Counted from the first letter of the stretch, positions 38,472 to 49,787 are shown. The stretch is DNA of 64,000 nt from Deferribacterales bacterium (GCA_050253335.1 JBFWJG010000001.1:1-64000), one strand, 5' to 3'. Translations and numbers: made by a program. The notes: a model not told the origin generated them from the sequence alone.

Positions 38472-40112
38472 TCAGAGACTGCTCAGCCGCACAGCGGTTC
38501 TGTTTGCCTCGTCCTTGCATATATGCTTTCTTGCGTGGGCAAAGGCTCCGCCCAGAGTGGGGAAAATATGCTGAGGCGGGAGATACCCGCTTATCTCAAG
38601 ATCAATAAGCCTTTCCTTCAGCGCGTCATTAGCCACTATCATGGCTATTATGCCGCTCTCTTTAATATTCACCAGCATTTCCGTGAGGGCGAAAAATCCC
38701 GAATAATCTATGAACGGAACCTTTGAGCAGTTGAAGATCACAACCTCGTTATCCAGTATGCTCCCCACCTTTCCCACAACCTGAGTGGCAGAACCGAAAA
38801 AGAACGGTCCGCTCACATCCACAACCCTTATCAGATGCCTGCTTCCCTCTCCTGAACCGCAGGGGGCGGAATCCGCCGTGTCCAGATCCACATCGTCCAC
38901 CTGAGTCTGCGTCTGTTTTGCTATGCGGTAGGTGAGAAGAACCGAAGCCGCCACAAGCCCCACGCCGACAGCCACAATGAGATCCACAAAAACCGTGAGC
39001 ACAAGGACAATGGCCATCACCGCTATGTCGTGTCTCGGAGCCTTTTTAATTATCTTGAGGAAGCGGTAGTCGACTATGTCAAACCCTACCTTGATCAGTA
39101 TCCCCGCCAGAACAGAGAGTGGAACCTTTTCCGCCTGCTCGCCGAAGCCGAGAACAAACCCTAGCAGAAGAAGAGCGTGAACAACGCCGGAAAGTCTTGT
39201 TGTTCCGCCTGATTTAACGTTTATTACTGTGCGCATGGTTGCTCCCGCCCCGGGGATTCCTCCGGCGAGGGCGGAAAGCATGTTCCCCAGTCCCTGACCG
39301 AAAAGCTCTTTATCCGGCTTATGTTTTGTGCGGGTGAGGGAATCGGCGACGAGGGAGGTGAGCAGGCTGTCTATGGAGCCGAGAACGGCAAGGCTCAGGG
39401 CGGTTGTGACAATGAAGGTAAGCTGGCCAATGGAAAATTCCGGAAGGTGAAGCGAGGGCAGACCCGAGGGGATGTCTCCTATGACCGCCGTGTCTATCCC
39501 TGCGGTGACAGCAAGCAGGGTCATCCCCGTGAGCGCAATAAGCGGAGAGGGGAGAACGGCTGTAACTTTTTTCGGGGTAAGAAATACAATGGCGAGAGTC
39601 AAAAGCCCCAGAGCGAGGTCGTTCGGGCTGAAGTCAGTGAAAATCCTCCCTGCCTCGGAAACCGCCATAAGCGGGGAGCGGACGCTTCCTGCTCCAGTGA
39701 GCGGGTGAAGCTGGAGAAGGATTATAATGATGCCGATTCCGGTCATGAAGCCGGATATAACAGGATAGGGGATGTAGCGGATAAGTCCGCCGATTCGGCA
39801 GAAACCGAGAAGCATCTGGAAAAGTCCGCCGAGGAAGATGATTGTTACCACAAAGGTCATGTCTCCGTGGTAGAGGGCGACAGCGGATGCGGTGACAACG
39901 GTCATCGGGCCTGTGGGGCCTGAGATCTGAACCGGAGTTCCGCCGAAAAGGGCTGCCGTGAGCCCCAGAATTATTGCGCCGTAAAGCCCCGCCTGAGCAC
40001 CTGCTCCGCTTGCCACTCCGAAAGCCAGCGCAAGGGGAAGGGCGATAACCCCCGCGGTTATCCCTCCGTATAAATCTCCTGCCAGTCGCTTCGTGTAGTC
40101 TCTCTTTCTCAT
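38472..40112 (-). CDS. SulP/SLC26 anion transporter with STAS domain (BicA-like)
   Basis: LPLALAFGVASG, QISGPTGPM, GAGATMRT, GPFFFG. Confidence 0.92.
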   Translation of the reverse strand: MRKRDYTKRLAGDLYGGITAGVIALPLALAFGVASGAGAQAGLYGAIILGLTAALFGGTPVQISGPTGPMTVVTASAVALYHGDMTFVVTIIFLGGLFQMLLGFCRIGGLIRYIPYPVISGFMTGIGIIIILLQLHPLTGAGSVRSPLMAVSEAGRIFTDFSPNDLALGLLTLAIVFLTPKKVTAVLPSPLIALTGMTLLAVTAGIDTAVIGDIPSGLPSLHLPEFSIGQLTFIVTTALSLAVLGSIDSLLTSLVADSLTRTKHKPDKELFGQGLGNMLSALAGGIPGAGATMRTVINVKSGGTTRLSGVVHALLLLGFVLGFGEQAEKVPLSVLAGILIKVGFDIVDYRFLKIIKKAPRHDIAVMAIVLVLTVFVDLIVAVGVGLVAASVLLTYRIAKQTQTQVDDVDLDTADSAPCGSGEGSRHLIRVVDVSGPFFFGSATQVVGKVGSILDNEVVIFNCSKVPFIDYSGFFALTEMLVNIKESGIIAMIVANDALKERLIDLEISGYLPPQHIFPTLGGAFAHARKHICKDEANRTAVRLSSL

Positions 40113-40388
40113 AGGTTTGCCCCGCCTGTATGGGAAAGCTGTGTTTCTGCGCGCGCGGTGGTTATGAACAATGACTTATAACGGATTTTCCCTGTTTGCG
40201 TCCTTTGTGTCAACTGGTTTTCAGTGAAATGTTAAAAAAATATCACTGCTGTATAAGTTAAAATTTAATAAGGTTCGATATAGGTTAACTGAATCCGTTT
40301 TGACGAAAAAAAGGAACAGCCCTTTGCTATTGAATATTTCCGGTTTATTGACATATACTCCCATATTGTGACGGATTACGGAGGGGAG

Positions 40389-41912
40389 ATGTTCTGCCGG
40401 ATTTTTTCCGCCCATGTGGCAGGGATCGAAGGGGTTCTCATTGAGGTTGAGGTGGATACGGCAAATGTCGGTCTTCCGTCTTTCAGCATGGTGGGGCTTG
40501 CGGAAGCCTCCGTCCGTGAAAGCAGGGATAGGGTGCGTTCCGCTCTGAAAAACATGGGCTTTTCCATTTTCAACAAGCCGATCACGATTAACTTTGCTCC
40601 CGCGGACTTCCGCAAGGAGGGGACGGGGTTTGATCTGCCTGTAGCGGTCGGCCTTCTCAAATCCGCAGGGCACACGGACGCGGACACTGATAAAACTCTT
40701 TTCATAGGAGAGCTTTCGCTGGACGGCAGGCTCCGCCCCGTGAGCGGGGTTTTGTCCGTGACCTATGCCGCCCGTGAGAAGGGGTTCGAAACCGTCATAC
40801 TGCCTAAAGAGAATGTGGCAGAGGCTTCCCTCGTCAGCGGCATCAGGATCGGCGGGGCGGAAAGCCTCTCGGAAGTGCTTGCATGGCTTGGGGGAAACGG
40901 CGGGGTTTCATTCGCCGGAAACACAGGGACGCAAAAGAAGCCGGCGGTCGAGCCCCTGCACGACTTCAGGGATGTAAAAGGCCAGTTCACAGCCCGCCGC
41001 GCGGCGGAGGTCGCCGCCGCCGGAATGCACAATATCCTCATGATAGGCCCCCCGGGAAGCGGGAAGACAATGATCGCCCGCAGACTGCCCGGGATTCTGC
41101 CTCCGCTGGATATGGAAGAGGCGATAGAGACCCTCAAGATTCATTCAGTTGCGGGGCTGGTGAGGAATGTTTCCGATATAAGTTTTGAGCGCCCTTTTGT
41201 CTCCCCGCATCACACAAGCAGTTCCGTCTCCATTGTGGGCGGAACCTCCCGCGCCAAACCCGGTCAGGTGAGCATAGCCCACAACGGAATACTCTTCATG
41301 GACGAGTTTCTGGAGTTTAACCGCAGTGTTCTGGAAACCCTCCGCCAGCCCATGGAGGACAAGGAAGTGACTGTGGCCAGAGCGGACAGAACAGTGAAGT
41401 ACCCTGCTTCGTTCATGCTTGTTGCCGCCTGCAACCCCTGCCCCTGCGGCTACTACGGCGATTCCAGACGGGAGTGCGCCTGCTCGCCCTCTCAGGTTCA
41501 GAAATACCGCACACGCCTCTCCGGCCCCTTGCTGGACAGGATAGATATACACATGGAAGTGAAGGCGGTTGACCTGAAGGAACTCGCCGGACTTGACGAC
41601 GGCGAATCATCCGAAAGCATGAGAGAAAGAGTGATGAACGCCCACAGGATGCAGAAGGAGCGTTTCAGGGGGGATAAGATTCTCCTAAACTCCCAGATGG
41701 GTGAAAAGCAGATAAAGAAATACTGCAGGCTTGATGATAAAAGCATGAAGCTTCTGGAAAACGCCTGCGACCGTTTCGGCTATTCCGCCAGGGCATATTC
41801 CAAAATCCTTAAAGTCGCACGCACACTGGCTGATATGGATAACAGTTCTGATATTCAGTCTAAGCATGTTCTGGAGGCGCTCCATTACAGACTTCTGGAC
41901 AGGGAAGTCTGA
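40389..41912 (+). CDS. comM: YifB/ComM Mg-chelatase-like AAA+ ATPase
   Basis: ESRDRVRSA, GELSLDG, GPPGSGKT, PHH, NPCPCG, SGPLLDRID. Confidence 0.92.
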   Translation: MFCRIFSAHVAGIEGVLIEVEVDTANVGLPSFSMVGLAEASVRESRDRVRSALKNMGFSIFNKPITINFAPADFRKEGTGFDLPVAVGLLKSAGHTDADTDKTLFIGELSLDGRLRPVSGVLSVTYAAREKGFETVILPKENVAEASLVSGIRIGGAESLSEVLAWLGGNGGVSFAGNTGTQKKPAVEPLHDFRDVKGQFTARRAAEVAAAGMHNILMIGPPGSGKTMIARRLPGILPPLDMEEAIETLKIHSVAGLVRNVSDISFERPFVSPHHTSSSVSIVGGTSRAKPGQVSIAHNGILFMDEFLEFNRSVLETLRQPMEDKEVTVARADRTVKYPASFMLVAACNPCPCGYYGDSRRECACSPSQVQKYRTRLSGPLLDRIDIHMEVKAVDLKELAGLDDGESSESMRERVMNAHRMQKERFRGDKILLNSQMGEKQIKKYCRLDDKSMKLLENACDRFGYSARAYSKILKVARTLADMDNSSDIQSKHVLEALHYRLLDREV

Positions 41913-42070
41913 TATCCGCATCTTGCGGGGAAGAAAACACTTTTTCACCCATAGCCGATGAATCACACTCATTATTAACTAGTAAATTATTTTCGTTAAT
42001 CGAGCATATCCGCATGTATGTTTTCCTGAAATATGATATTATAAATCATAATTAACAGCTAGGGTTTAAC

Positions 42071-44107
42071 TTGGAATCTGATAATGTAATTTTAAATAAA
42101 AACGTGCTCTTTGAGCTTCTTCAGCGTTCATTCGAAAACACATCCGCGCCTCTTATCTGGCAGTCGGAAAACGGTGATATCCTGAGAGTGAATGAAGCCG
42201 CCTCCCATTATTTCGGCTACTCAAAAGAGGAGATGACCGGAATGAACGCAGTAAGCCTTTGCCCTGATCTTGATTCAGCGGCGATGAAGGCCGAGTGGGA
42301 TGAGATAAGCCGCAGCGGCAGCCTTCATGTCTGTACACGCAATGTCTGTGCGGACGGCAGAATGAAACACGCCGAAATAAGCAAAACCCTTATAACCGCA
42401 GGCGGGCAGAAATTTGCCCTTGTTTCCCTTGAAAATATAAGCCCCCTTAAAAAGAAGACCGATGAGGTTCAGTTCCTTTACGGAATAATGGACATGTCAA
42501 ACGATGCGATCTTCGTTATACGGGCTTTTGACCGCAATGTCGTGTACGCCAATGAAAAAGCCTGCATAAGTCTGGGTTATTGTGCTGATGAACTGAATAA
42601 TATGAATCTGGATTCTTTCCTTGTGCCAGAGTCTGAATGGGGCTGGTTTTCCTCCTACCTCAACAGGCTCGCAGGCTCTAACTGCAATATGCTTTACAGC
42701 GTTCACAGACGGAAGGACGGCACCCTCTACCCGGCGGAAACAAGCCTCAAGTCGTTTGTAAGGGATGATGAGGAATATAATATAGCAGTGGTGAGGGATA
42801 TCAGCGAGAGACTGCGCTTTTTCAGTGAGCTTGAGGAAAAAAACAGGGCGCTGGAAAAGCTGAACGGCATACTTTCCGCAGAGGTTGCGGAGAGAACAAA
42901 AGAGCTTCACTCCACAGAGGAGAAGTACAGAACCTATGTGGGGAACGCCCCTGATCCCATCTTCTTCTCCGATGTGAAGGGGATGCTCAAAGATGTCAAC
43001 TCTGCTCTGTGTCTCATAACCGGATATTCCGGAGAGGAGCTTCTTTCCATGGACTTCTTAGGGCTTACGGCGGCTGAAAGCATACATGATGCCGAGACCG
43101 CGTTCTCCGACATGCTCAAAACAGGAAAGGCATCCGCTTCCCTGAAGCTTGCGAAGAAAAGCGGCGAGAAGTTTTATGTCCATCTCAACATGGCTGAGGT
43201 GGAGACAGGGGTTTACATGGGCATCTGCAAGGATGTCACCCGGAGCGTTTTGCTTGAGGAAGCCCTCAAAAAGCTCAACGAGGAGCTGTCGGAGCGTGTG
43301 CGGGAGGAGGTCGCCCTCAGGCAGAAGCAGGAAGGCTTTCTTTTTGAACAGAAAAAGCTTGAGGACATGGGGCTTCTCATAAACGCCATAGCCCACCAGT
43401 GGCGCCAGCCGATAAATGCTCTTATTCTTTATATTCAGGATATAATGGACACTTACGAATCCGGCGAGCTTTCTGACGAATACATCCGGACATTCGAAAC
43501 AGTCTGCAAGGATCTGGTTCTGCACATGTCCAAAACCATTGACGATTTCAGGACATTTTTCGCTCCGGACAAGACCAGAACCAACTTTGATGTTTCCGCC
43601 GAGATAATAAAGCTTATGAAGCTGCTTCGTGTTCAGATGCAGGACAGAAACATAAGCTACAGGATCCGCTGTGTCTGCGGAGAGGAAACAGCCGACTGCA
43701 CGGAAGAGGCAAGATGGGGCGACTGTCCAGGCGGAAAGACGCTTATCTACGGCTATCTGGATGAGTTTAAGCAGGCGCTGATGAACATTGTCTACAACTC
43801 AGTGGATGCCATAGAGGATAATATCGAAGCGGGAAAGATACGCAAAGGCTTTATTAATATTGATATAGAAAACCTGAACAGGCATGTTGCGGTCAGGATA
43901 AAAGACAACGGCACGGGGATCAGCCCGGAAAAGCTTCCGAAGGTTTTTGACCCGTATTTCACCACAAAAGAGGAAGGCAAAGGAACCGGAATAGGGCTTT
44001 ATATGACGAAAATGGTCATAGAGAAGCACAACGGCGGCAGAATCAGCGCCGGAAACTCAGGGGAAGGAGCTGTCTTTGAGATACTTATTCCCAAGGCGGA
44101 TGCTTAA
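42071..44107 (+). CDS. Cytoplasmic triple-PAS sensor histidine kinase
   Basis: 3 PAS repeats, IAHQWRQP H-box, DNGTG, FTTK, GTGIGL; TTG start. Confidence 0.9.
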   Translation: MESDNVILNKNVLFELLQRSFENTSAPLIWQSENGDILRVNEAASHYFGYSKEEMTGMNAVSLCPDLDSAAMKAEWDEISRSGSLHVCTRNVCADGRMKHAEISKTLITAGGQKFALVSLENISPLKKKTDEVQFLYGIMDMSNDAIFVIRAFDRNVVYANEKACISLGYCADELNNMNLDSFLVPESEWGWFSSYLNRLAGSNCNMLYSVHRRKDGTLYPAETSLKSFVRDDEEYNIAVVRDISERLRFFSELEEKNRALEKLNGILSAEVAERTKELHSTEEKYRTYVGNAPDPIFFSDVKGMLKDVNSALCLITGYSGEELLSMDFLGLTAAESIHDAETAFSDMLKTGKASASLKLAKKSGEKFYVHLNMAEVETGVYMGICKDVTRSVLLEEALKKLNEELSERVREEVALRQKQEGFLFEQKKLEDMGLLINAIAHQWRQPINALILYIQDIMDTYESGELSDEYIRTFETVCKDLVLHMSKTIDDFRTFFAPDKTRTNFDVSAEIIKLMKLLRVQMQDRNISYRIRCVCGEETADCTEEARWGDCPGGKTLIYGYLDEFKQALMNIVYNSVDAIEDNIEAGKIRKGFINIDIENLNRHVAVRIKDNGTGISPEKLPKVFDPYFTTKEEGKGTGIGLYMTKMVIEKHNGGRISAGNSGEGAVFEILIPKADA

Positions 44108-44454
44108 CTTTTCCCCAGTTCCCTGAGGCACTTGAAAAACTCATCCCTGTCTATGGGCTTAAACAGCTTCCGTACGCCGGTAACCCTGTCAGCCTCTTCC
44201 CTGTATGCGGTGGTGACAACTATCTGTGTTTCGGGGCTTTCTTCCCTGATTTTTTCAACAAGCTCAAAACCGCTCATCTCAGGCATTGCGAGATCAGTAA
44301 TGACTATATCCGGACTGTGCTCACGGAATGCCGCCAGGGCTTCACGTCCGTTTTTCACCGTATATACCTTTTTGAACTCTCTGGCGAGGATCATTGACAT
44401 GATTTTGCTCACCATAACATCGTCTTCGGCATAAAGAACGGTTTTATTCTTCAT
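44104..44454 (-). CDS. Single-domain response regulator
   Basis: YAEDD, ITDLAMPEMSG, TTA, KP. Confidence 0.9.
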   Translation of the reverse strand: MKNKTVLYAEDDVMVSKIMSMILAREFKKVYTVKNGREALAAFREHSPDIVITDLAMPEMSGFELVEKIREESPETQIVVTTAYREEADRVTGVRKLFKPIDRDEFFKCLRELGKS

Positions 44455-46528
44455 CACAGCCCCCCTGTTTCGGAAGATTTATTGTGAAGCGCGCGCCTTT
44501 TTCCGTGTTGGAGGCTGTTATTCTGCCTCCCATGTGCTGTTCAATCAGAAGCTTTGTCATATAAAGACCTATTCCCGTTCCCTTTCCTTCCTCCTTCGTG
44601 GTGAAGTAGGGCTCGAATATTTTTATAATGTATTCTTCGGGTATGCCGGTTCCGTTGTCGCTGACTGTTATCTTCAGTGAGCTTTCCGAATCTTCCAGAT
44701 CTATGCTTATTTCTCCGCGGAAGTCTTTTCCCCTGCTCTGCTTTGCGCCCTCGATTGCGTCGGCGGCGTTGTATATTATGTTTATCACAGCCTGCTTGAA
44801 CTCGCCGGCATAGCCGTAAACAAGGTTTTTGCTCCGGTCTTCGCCTGCTCCGGATTCCGGCTGTTTTCCGTTGATTTTAATATCAATGTGACGGGAGGCG
44901 AGCTGAACCTCTATTAGGCTTGCCAGTTCGTTCACTTCCTTCGCCGCGTCATAGTATGTTTTTTTCTTGTCAGGGGCGAAGAACAGCCTGAAGTCGTCTA
45001 TGGTGGAGGATATATGCCTGATTATCCCCATACATGTGTCTGCGAACGAGTCCATGTAGGCATCATTCAGGAGCTTCCTTCTCCAACACTCATGGGCGTC
45101 CTGAATATAGAGCCCCAGAGCGTTTATGGGCTGTCGCCACTGATGGGCTATGGCGTTGATCATCTGCCCCATGTCCGCGAGTTTTTTCTGCTCCTGTATT
45201 ATCTGTTCCTGACGCCTTCTCGCCTCCACTTCCGTTCTTACCTGCTCCTTGAGGTTCCTGTTCATTTTTTTCAGCTCTTCCTCAAGCTTGACGGTCGATG
45301 TGGCATCCTGACAGAAGCCTATGTATCTGTTCTCCGCTATTTTGATGACCGAAATGCGCATGAAGAAGGTTTCCTTGTTTTTTCTCATGAACTTCAGCGT
45401 TCCGGAAACAACTCCCTGCTCGAAGAGAACCTCTTCCGCTTTCCGCGCGTTTTCCACAGCGTCCGGAGGCCAGAGATCCATCACATTCATGGTGAGCAGT
45501 TCCTTTTCGGTGTAGCCCGTTATACGGCAGGCCTCCTTGTTTACTTCCACAATGAGGCCGTTGTGGTCGGATATGAATATGCTGATCGGTGCGTTGTTTA
45601 CGTATGTGCGGTATTTATTCTCGCTGTATTCCAGCGCCTTCTGCCTTTCCATTATCTCCTTATGGAAAAACTTGGAATCCAGCCAGCCTTTCAGCGCCGG
45701 AGCGAGGAGCATCGCCGCTTTATTGATTATTTTAACATCAAATTCATTGAATCCGTCTTCTTTCTGCGCCAGAACAATTTCTCCCAGAAGAAGGTTCTTG
45801 TGAATAACGGGAGCTGCTATGCAGTTGTCGATTTTTTTGTGCCACGCCGGTGTGTCGATACCGTCATTCTGCATCGCCGTTTTTCTTTTTTCCAGAGCTT
45901 CCCCCCATGTGCCGCTCCATTTCTCACGGGGAAAGCTCAGGGCTGCCGTTCTTTCGCCTGTGTAAATGAGGGATGGGCAGACAAGAGTGCCGTCTATGTC
46001 AATGTATCCTGTAAAGCCGTAAAGGCAGTCGATCTCCTTCTTGATCACTCTGAGGATGCTGTCGAATATATCTCCTTCGTCATTAAGGAGAAACGAGTTC
46101 ATAAGCTCTGCGTGGAGCCTGTTGTCAATCTCGGAGAGGGTCTTTTCCGTTATGTCGTGGAATATGTTGAAAACATAGGGTTTATCATCTGAAAAGAACA
46201 CTGATGAGTGAAATTCCAGATAATGCAGACCGCCTGCGGAGTCGACATGGCAGGTGGTCACGGTGTCCACTCTTTTTTCAAGCACGCGGTTCACCAGCTC
46301 CATTGTCTTTTCGGGTTTGGACATGGTGAGATCCAGTATTCTTTTTGAGGTGAGTTCTTCAAAACTGTAGCCGTAGAGCCTGCATGCGGCCTCGTTGGCG
46401 TCTGTTATTCTTGTGCTTTCCGGTTCGAATGTAAGCATGCACGCGTTGGCGTGTCTGAAAATACGGCCGTAGTCCGGAGCCTGCTCCGCCTTTGTCCGGC
46501 AGATGTCCGTTGAATTAAGATATGTCAT
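44444..46528 (-). CDS. PAS-GAF-PAS sensor histidine kinase
   Basis: PAS, GAF-like segment, PAS, IAHQWRQP, DNGTG, GTGIGL. Confidence 0.9.
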   Translation of the reverse strand: MTYLNSTDICRTKAEQAPDYGRIFRHANACMLTFEPESTRITDANEAACRLYGYSFEELTSKRILDLTMSKPEKTMELVNRVLEKRVDTVTTCHVDSAGGLHYLEFHSSVFFSDDKPYVFNIFHDITEKTLSEIDNRLHAELMNSFLLNDEGDIFDSILRVIKKEIDCLYGFTGYIDIDGTLVCPSLIYTGERTAALSFPREKWSGTWGEALEKRKTAMQNDGIDTPAWHKKIDNCIAAPVIHKNLLLGEIVLAQKEDGFNEFDVKIINKAAMLLAPALKGWLDSKFFHKEIMERQKALEYSENKYRTYVNNAPISIFISDHNGLIVEVNKEACRITGYTEKELLTMNVMDLWPPDAVENARKAEEVLFEQGVVSGTLKFMRKNKETFFMRISVIKIAENRYIGFCQDATSTVKLEEELKKMNRNLKEQVRTEVEARRRQEQIIQEQKKLADMGQMINAIAHQWRQPINALGLYIQDAHECWRRKLLNDAYMDSFADTCMGIIRHISSTIDDFRLFFAPDKKKTYYDAAKEVNELASLIEVQLASRHIDIKINGKQPESGAGEDRSKNLVYGYAGEFKQAVINIIYNAADAIEGAKQSRGKDFRGEISIDLEDSESSLKITVSDNGTGIPEEYIIKIFEPYFTTKEEGKGTGIGLYMTKLLIEQHMGGRITASNTEKGARFTINLPKQGGCDEE

Positions 46529-46630
46529 TTCCTGTCCTTGGTTTGTGTATCTGATAAATCATATATAGAGCGCAGGCAAAAGCAATACAAAACTGGGACA
46601 GGAAATGGGGAAGTTAAGGGCGCTGAGTGT

Positions 46631-47464
46631 TCAGCACCCTGAAAATTTGTACCAGATGTTCATGGTTTCCGTTCCGCCGCAGATGTTTGTGTTATTGATC
46701 AGCCTGCCGCCGAATCTGTAGCCCCGCTTGGAAAAAGTTATATTCATTCCGTAAGAAAGCGAGCGGGCTATGGTGTAAAACGTGCTTATCCCCAGATGCG
46801 GCACTTCCTGCTCCATTTTGGCAAGGAGAGCTGAGGCATAGCCTTTTCCCCTCGCTTCAGGCAGGGTCGCGAAGTCTGTCATCTCTGCCGCTTTGATATG
46901 CGGGTTCATCTCCGCACTCGCCAGAGCGGTTATCCTGCCGTTCTCCCTTATGCCGAAATATGCCACGGATTCCCTCATTGTCTGTCTGATATAGTCCGCT
47001 TCATGTATGGGAAAAGGGTATGATTCAAAAACCTGCCTGTAAACCCCGGCCATTTCATCCGCATCGGCGGGCGCCATCCTTTCGCAGGCTTCAGTGAAAG
47101 GAGGCTCGCTCTCTTCCGGTTTGTAGCTGAGCGCCTTCAGCAATATGTCGGACTGAAGCTTTCTCTCCTTCTCCTCCCTCCGTTCAGGATTGGTGAATTT
47201 GGAGAGGAAGACGGCTTTTTCATAAGGTGCGCCGCTGAGAGGAAGCTCCGCCTCGGTGACGAAGCCTCTCTGCATGAAAATATCCGCTTTCTCAGCCGGA
47301 ACTTTTGCAATTATTTTGGAATATCCGTTCTGCCCTGCCAGAAGCTCCGCCTTCGCGGCGGTTTCGTCCCCGCAGGAATCAGGGAATGAGAGAATGTAGA
47401 CCCTGTCGCTGAATTTGCCGTGGTGAACCTGCGCTCCGTCCAGATTTATGATTTCATCCGTCAT
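46631..47464 (-). CDS. ablB: Beta-lysine N-acetyltransferase
   Basis: [44 protein letters not shown]; downstream of ablA. Confidence 0.9.
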   Translation of the reverse strand: MTDEIINLDGAQVHHGKFSDRVYILSFPDSCGDETAAKAELLAGQNGYSKIIAKVPAEKADIFMQRGFVTEAELPLSGAPYEKAVFLSKFTNPERREEKERKLQSDILLKALSYKPEESEPPFTEACERMAPADADEMAGVYRQVFESYPFPIHEADYIRQTMRESVAYFGIRENGRITALASAEMNPHIKAAEMTDFATLPEARGKGYASALLAKMEQEVPHLGISTFYTIARSLSYGMNITFSKRGYRFGGRLINNTNICGGTETMNIWYKFSGC

Positions 47465-48770
47465 CGTTTCTTCTCCTCAGCCTCTCCGTGTCTTCCGGTA
47501 TGAGGGTTATCTGATCGTCATAATCCGCCATGAGCCTCTCAATGCCTATGGCCGCGGGGTTCTCCTCCCCTGTCACATTAAGCACGAGGCTGCATGTGTC
47601 GCATTTTCTGTCGCAGAAAACAGGCTCGTAAGAATCCGGCTCCTTGTAAGAGCAGATAACCCCTTCATAGTTTCGGAGTATAACCTTGTTGGTGGACCAT
47701 GACACCACATAATTGGGGCTGACGGGTATTTTCCCTCCGCCTCCGGGAGCGTCGATAACATAAACAGGAACGGCGAACCCGCTTGTGTGTCCCCTCAGTG
47801 ATTCAATTATCTCTATACCCTTGCCCACGGGAGTGCGGAAGTGCGAAAGCCCTTCGGAAAGGTCGCACTGATAAAGGTAATAAGGGCGGACACGGTGGCT
47901 GACCAGCTTCTGAACCAGCTTTCTCATGATGTAGGGGCAGTCGTTCACCCCTGCGAGAAGAACGGACTGATTGCCCAGAGGCACTCCCGCCGAGGAGAGC
48001 CTGCGCAGTGCGGCGGCTGAGGAATCGGTTATTTCTCTGGGGTGGTTGAAGTGGGTATTCAGCCAAAGATTAGGATAGCTCCCCAGAAGCGCCGCGAGCT
48101 CCTCCGTGATTCTGTAGGGGAGGACAACGGGCATCCTTGTCCCTATGCGGATCACCTCCACATGCTCAATTGCGCTGAGCTCATCGAGAATCCATTCAAT
48201 GGCGGAATCTGTCAGCATGAGCGGATCCCCGCCTGATATAAGAACGTCCCTTACTTCGGGGGTCTTTCTGATGTAGGCAAGCCCTTTCTCAAGGGTGTCC
48301 CTGCCGGGGATGAAGTCCTTGTCCCCGACCTTGCGCTTTCTTGTGCAGTGACGGCAGTACATAGCGCACATGTTGCTTACATGAAAAAGAACCCTGTCCG
48401 GGTAGCGGTGGGTGATGCATTCCGCGGGGCTGTCCACATCTTCGGACAGGGGGTCGCTCATCTCCCAGCTTTCGGTTATAAGTTCGTTAACGGACGGAAA
48501 TGCCTGTCTGAAAACGGGATCATCCCGCCAGTTTTCCCTGTCTATGAGGGAGGCGTAGTAGGGGGTGATTGCTATGGGGAACTTTTCCGCAGTCATTTCA
48601 AGGTGCTTGCGCTCTTCCGGAGTAAAGCTTATCCCCAGAACCTCTTCAAAGGTTTTTATGTCCTTAATCGTTCTGCGGAGCTGCCAGTGCCAGTTTTTCC
48701 AGTCCTGCAGACCCGAATCGGGCTGGATGGATTCGGCTATGGACTTTTGGTTCGGTGTATATATACTCAC
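47454..48770 (-). CDS. ablA: Lysine 2,3-aminomutase (radical SAM)
   Basis: [32 protein letters not shown]-terminal [11 protein letters not shown] start with GGAGG SD. Confidence 0.93.
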   Translation of the reverse strand: MSIYTPNQKSIAESIQPDSGLQDWKNWHWQLRRTIKDIKTFEEVLGISFTPEERKHLEMTAEKFPIAITPYYASLIDRENWRDDPVFRQAFPSVNELITESWEMSDPLSEDVDSPAECITHRYPDRVLFHVSNMCAMYCRHCTRKRKVGDKDFIPGRDTLEKGLAYIRKTPEVRDVLISGGDPLMLTDSAIEWILDELSAIEHVEVIRIGTRMPVVLPYRITEELAALLGSYPNLWLNTHFNHPREITDSSAAALRRLSSAGVPLGNQSVLLAGVNDCPYIMRKLVQKLVSHRVRPYYLYQCDLSEGLSHFRTPVGKGIEIIESLRGHTSGFAVPVYVIDAPGGGGKIPVSPNYVVSWSTNKVILRNYEGVICSYKEPDSYEPVFCDRKCDTCSLVLNVTGEENPAAIGIERLMADYDDQITLIPEDTERLRRRNDDG

Positions 48771-48795
48771 TGTTTCCTCCTTGATATTATGACCA

Positions 48796-48823
48796 ATTAT
48801 ACCTTATATTGACATATTTTCAA
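48796..48823 (-). promoter_or_regulatory. Sigma70 promoter of ablAB
   Basis: Minus strand TTGAAA-16-TATAAT, 25 nt upstream of start. Confidence 0.7.
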
Positions 48824-48977
48824 CATGAAATATAAATATGTGCAGTAATAATGCCCCGATAAATAGGCATAAAAGGCTGTTTTACGGCTTTTCGGGATTA
48901 TTTTGATGTTAAAAGTTCCTCAAATGTGCCGTTCTTGGTTGACAAACAGATAGCCCTCTGATATTTCCGTTTAATTT

Positions 48978-49409
48978 ATGAAACTGAAGATCGTAATGTC
49001 CTCGCGGATACGAGACAAAGCCGTGGAAGAACTGACGGCGGAATATGTGAAAAGAATCGGCGCATATGCCGAGTGTTCCGTGGTTGAGGCTTTTTCGGCC
49101 AATAAGGCAAAGCAGCTTCCTCTCCTGCTCAGGGCGGGCGAAGGCGCTCTGGTGGGCATGGACCCGAAAGGGAAAAGATTCACCAGCGAAAAATTTGCAG
49201 GCTGGCTCGAAAAAAAGCTTGAAGAAAACGGCGCGGTTACTTTTTTTATCGGCGAGGCGGACGGACTGCACGAAGAGCTTAAAGCCCGTTTGGACGATAC
49301 CGTCTCTCTCTCGGAAATGACAATGGCGCACAGGATAAGCCTTGTTGTTCTCGCGGAGCAGCTTTACAGGGCATTAACAATAATTAAGGGTCATCCCTAC
49401 CATAAATAG
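48978..49409 (+). CDS. rlmH: 23S rRNA m3-psi1915 methyltransferase
   Basis: GKRFTSEKFA, FFIGEADG, SLSEMTMAH, EQLYRA, HPYHK. Confidence 0.93.
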   Translation: MKLKIVMSSRIRDKAVEELTAEYVKRIGAYAECSVVEAFSANKAKQLPLLLRAGEGALVGMDPKGKRFTSEKFAGWLEKKLEENGAVTFFIGEADGLHEELKARLDDTVSLSEMTMAHRISLVVLAEQLYRALTIIKGHPYHK

Positions 49410-49421
49410 GAGGGTTAATGT

Positions 49422-49787
49422 ATGATGGATGCTGAAAGGTTAAGCTACCATAGACAGAAACTTCTCGATATGAAGAAAGAACTTATCGAGAAGCTGAACG
49501 AAAAGTATAACGAAGCGATCAAGCTCGGTACTGAAGGGGTTCAGGATTCCGCTGACGAGGCTTACAACATCTACAACAAAAACCTCATGCTCGGTAAGGT
49601 CGAAACCGATGCGCTTAAACTCAGGCTGGTTGAGCAGGCTCTCCAGCGCATAGCGACCGGAACCTACGGAGTGTGCATTGAGTGCGAGGAGGAGATCGAG
49701 CAGAAAAGGCTTGAGTATGTCCCCTTCGCAAGGTACTGCACCGACTGCAAATCCGAACTGGAAAAAAAGGGTCTCATAAAAATGTAG
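49422..49787 (+). CDS. dksA: DksA/TraR C4 zinc-finger protein
   Basis: DSADEA coiled-coil tip, YGVCIEC...RL...P.ARYCTDC. Confidence 0.8.
   Translation: MMDAERLSYHRQKLLDMKKELIEKLNEKYNEAIKLGTEGVQDSADEAYNIYNKNLMLGKVETDALKLRLVEQALQRIATGTYGVCIECEEEIEQKRLEYVPFARYCTDCKSELEKKGLIKM

Noticed and set aside
41935..41961. GCCGATGA as a second sigma28 promoter
   Set aside because: No TAAA/TCAA -35 at the correct spacing
45014..46192. Long antisense ORFs (also 52200..53393, 58301..59212, 35074..35841, 49440..50015)
   Set aside because: Shadows of well-supported genes on the opposite strand, with no recognisable motifs
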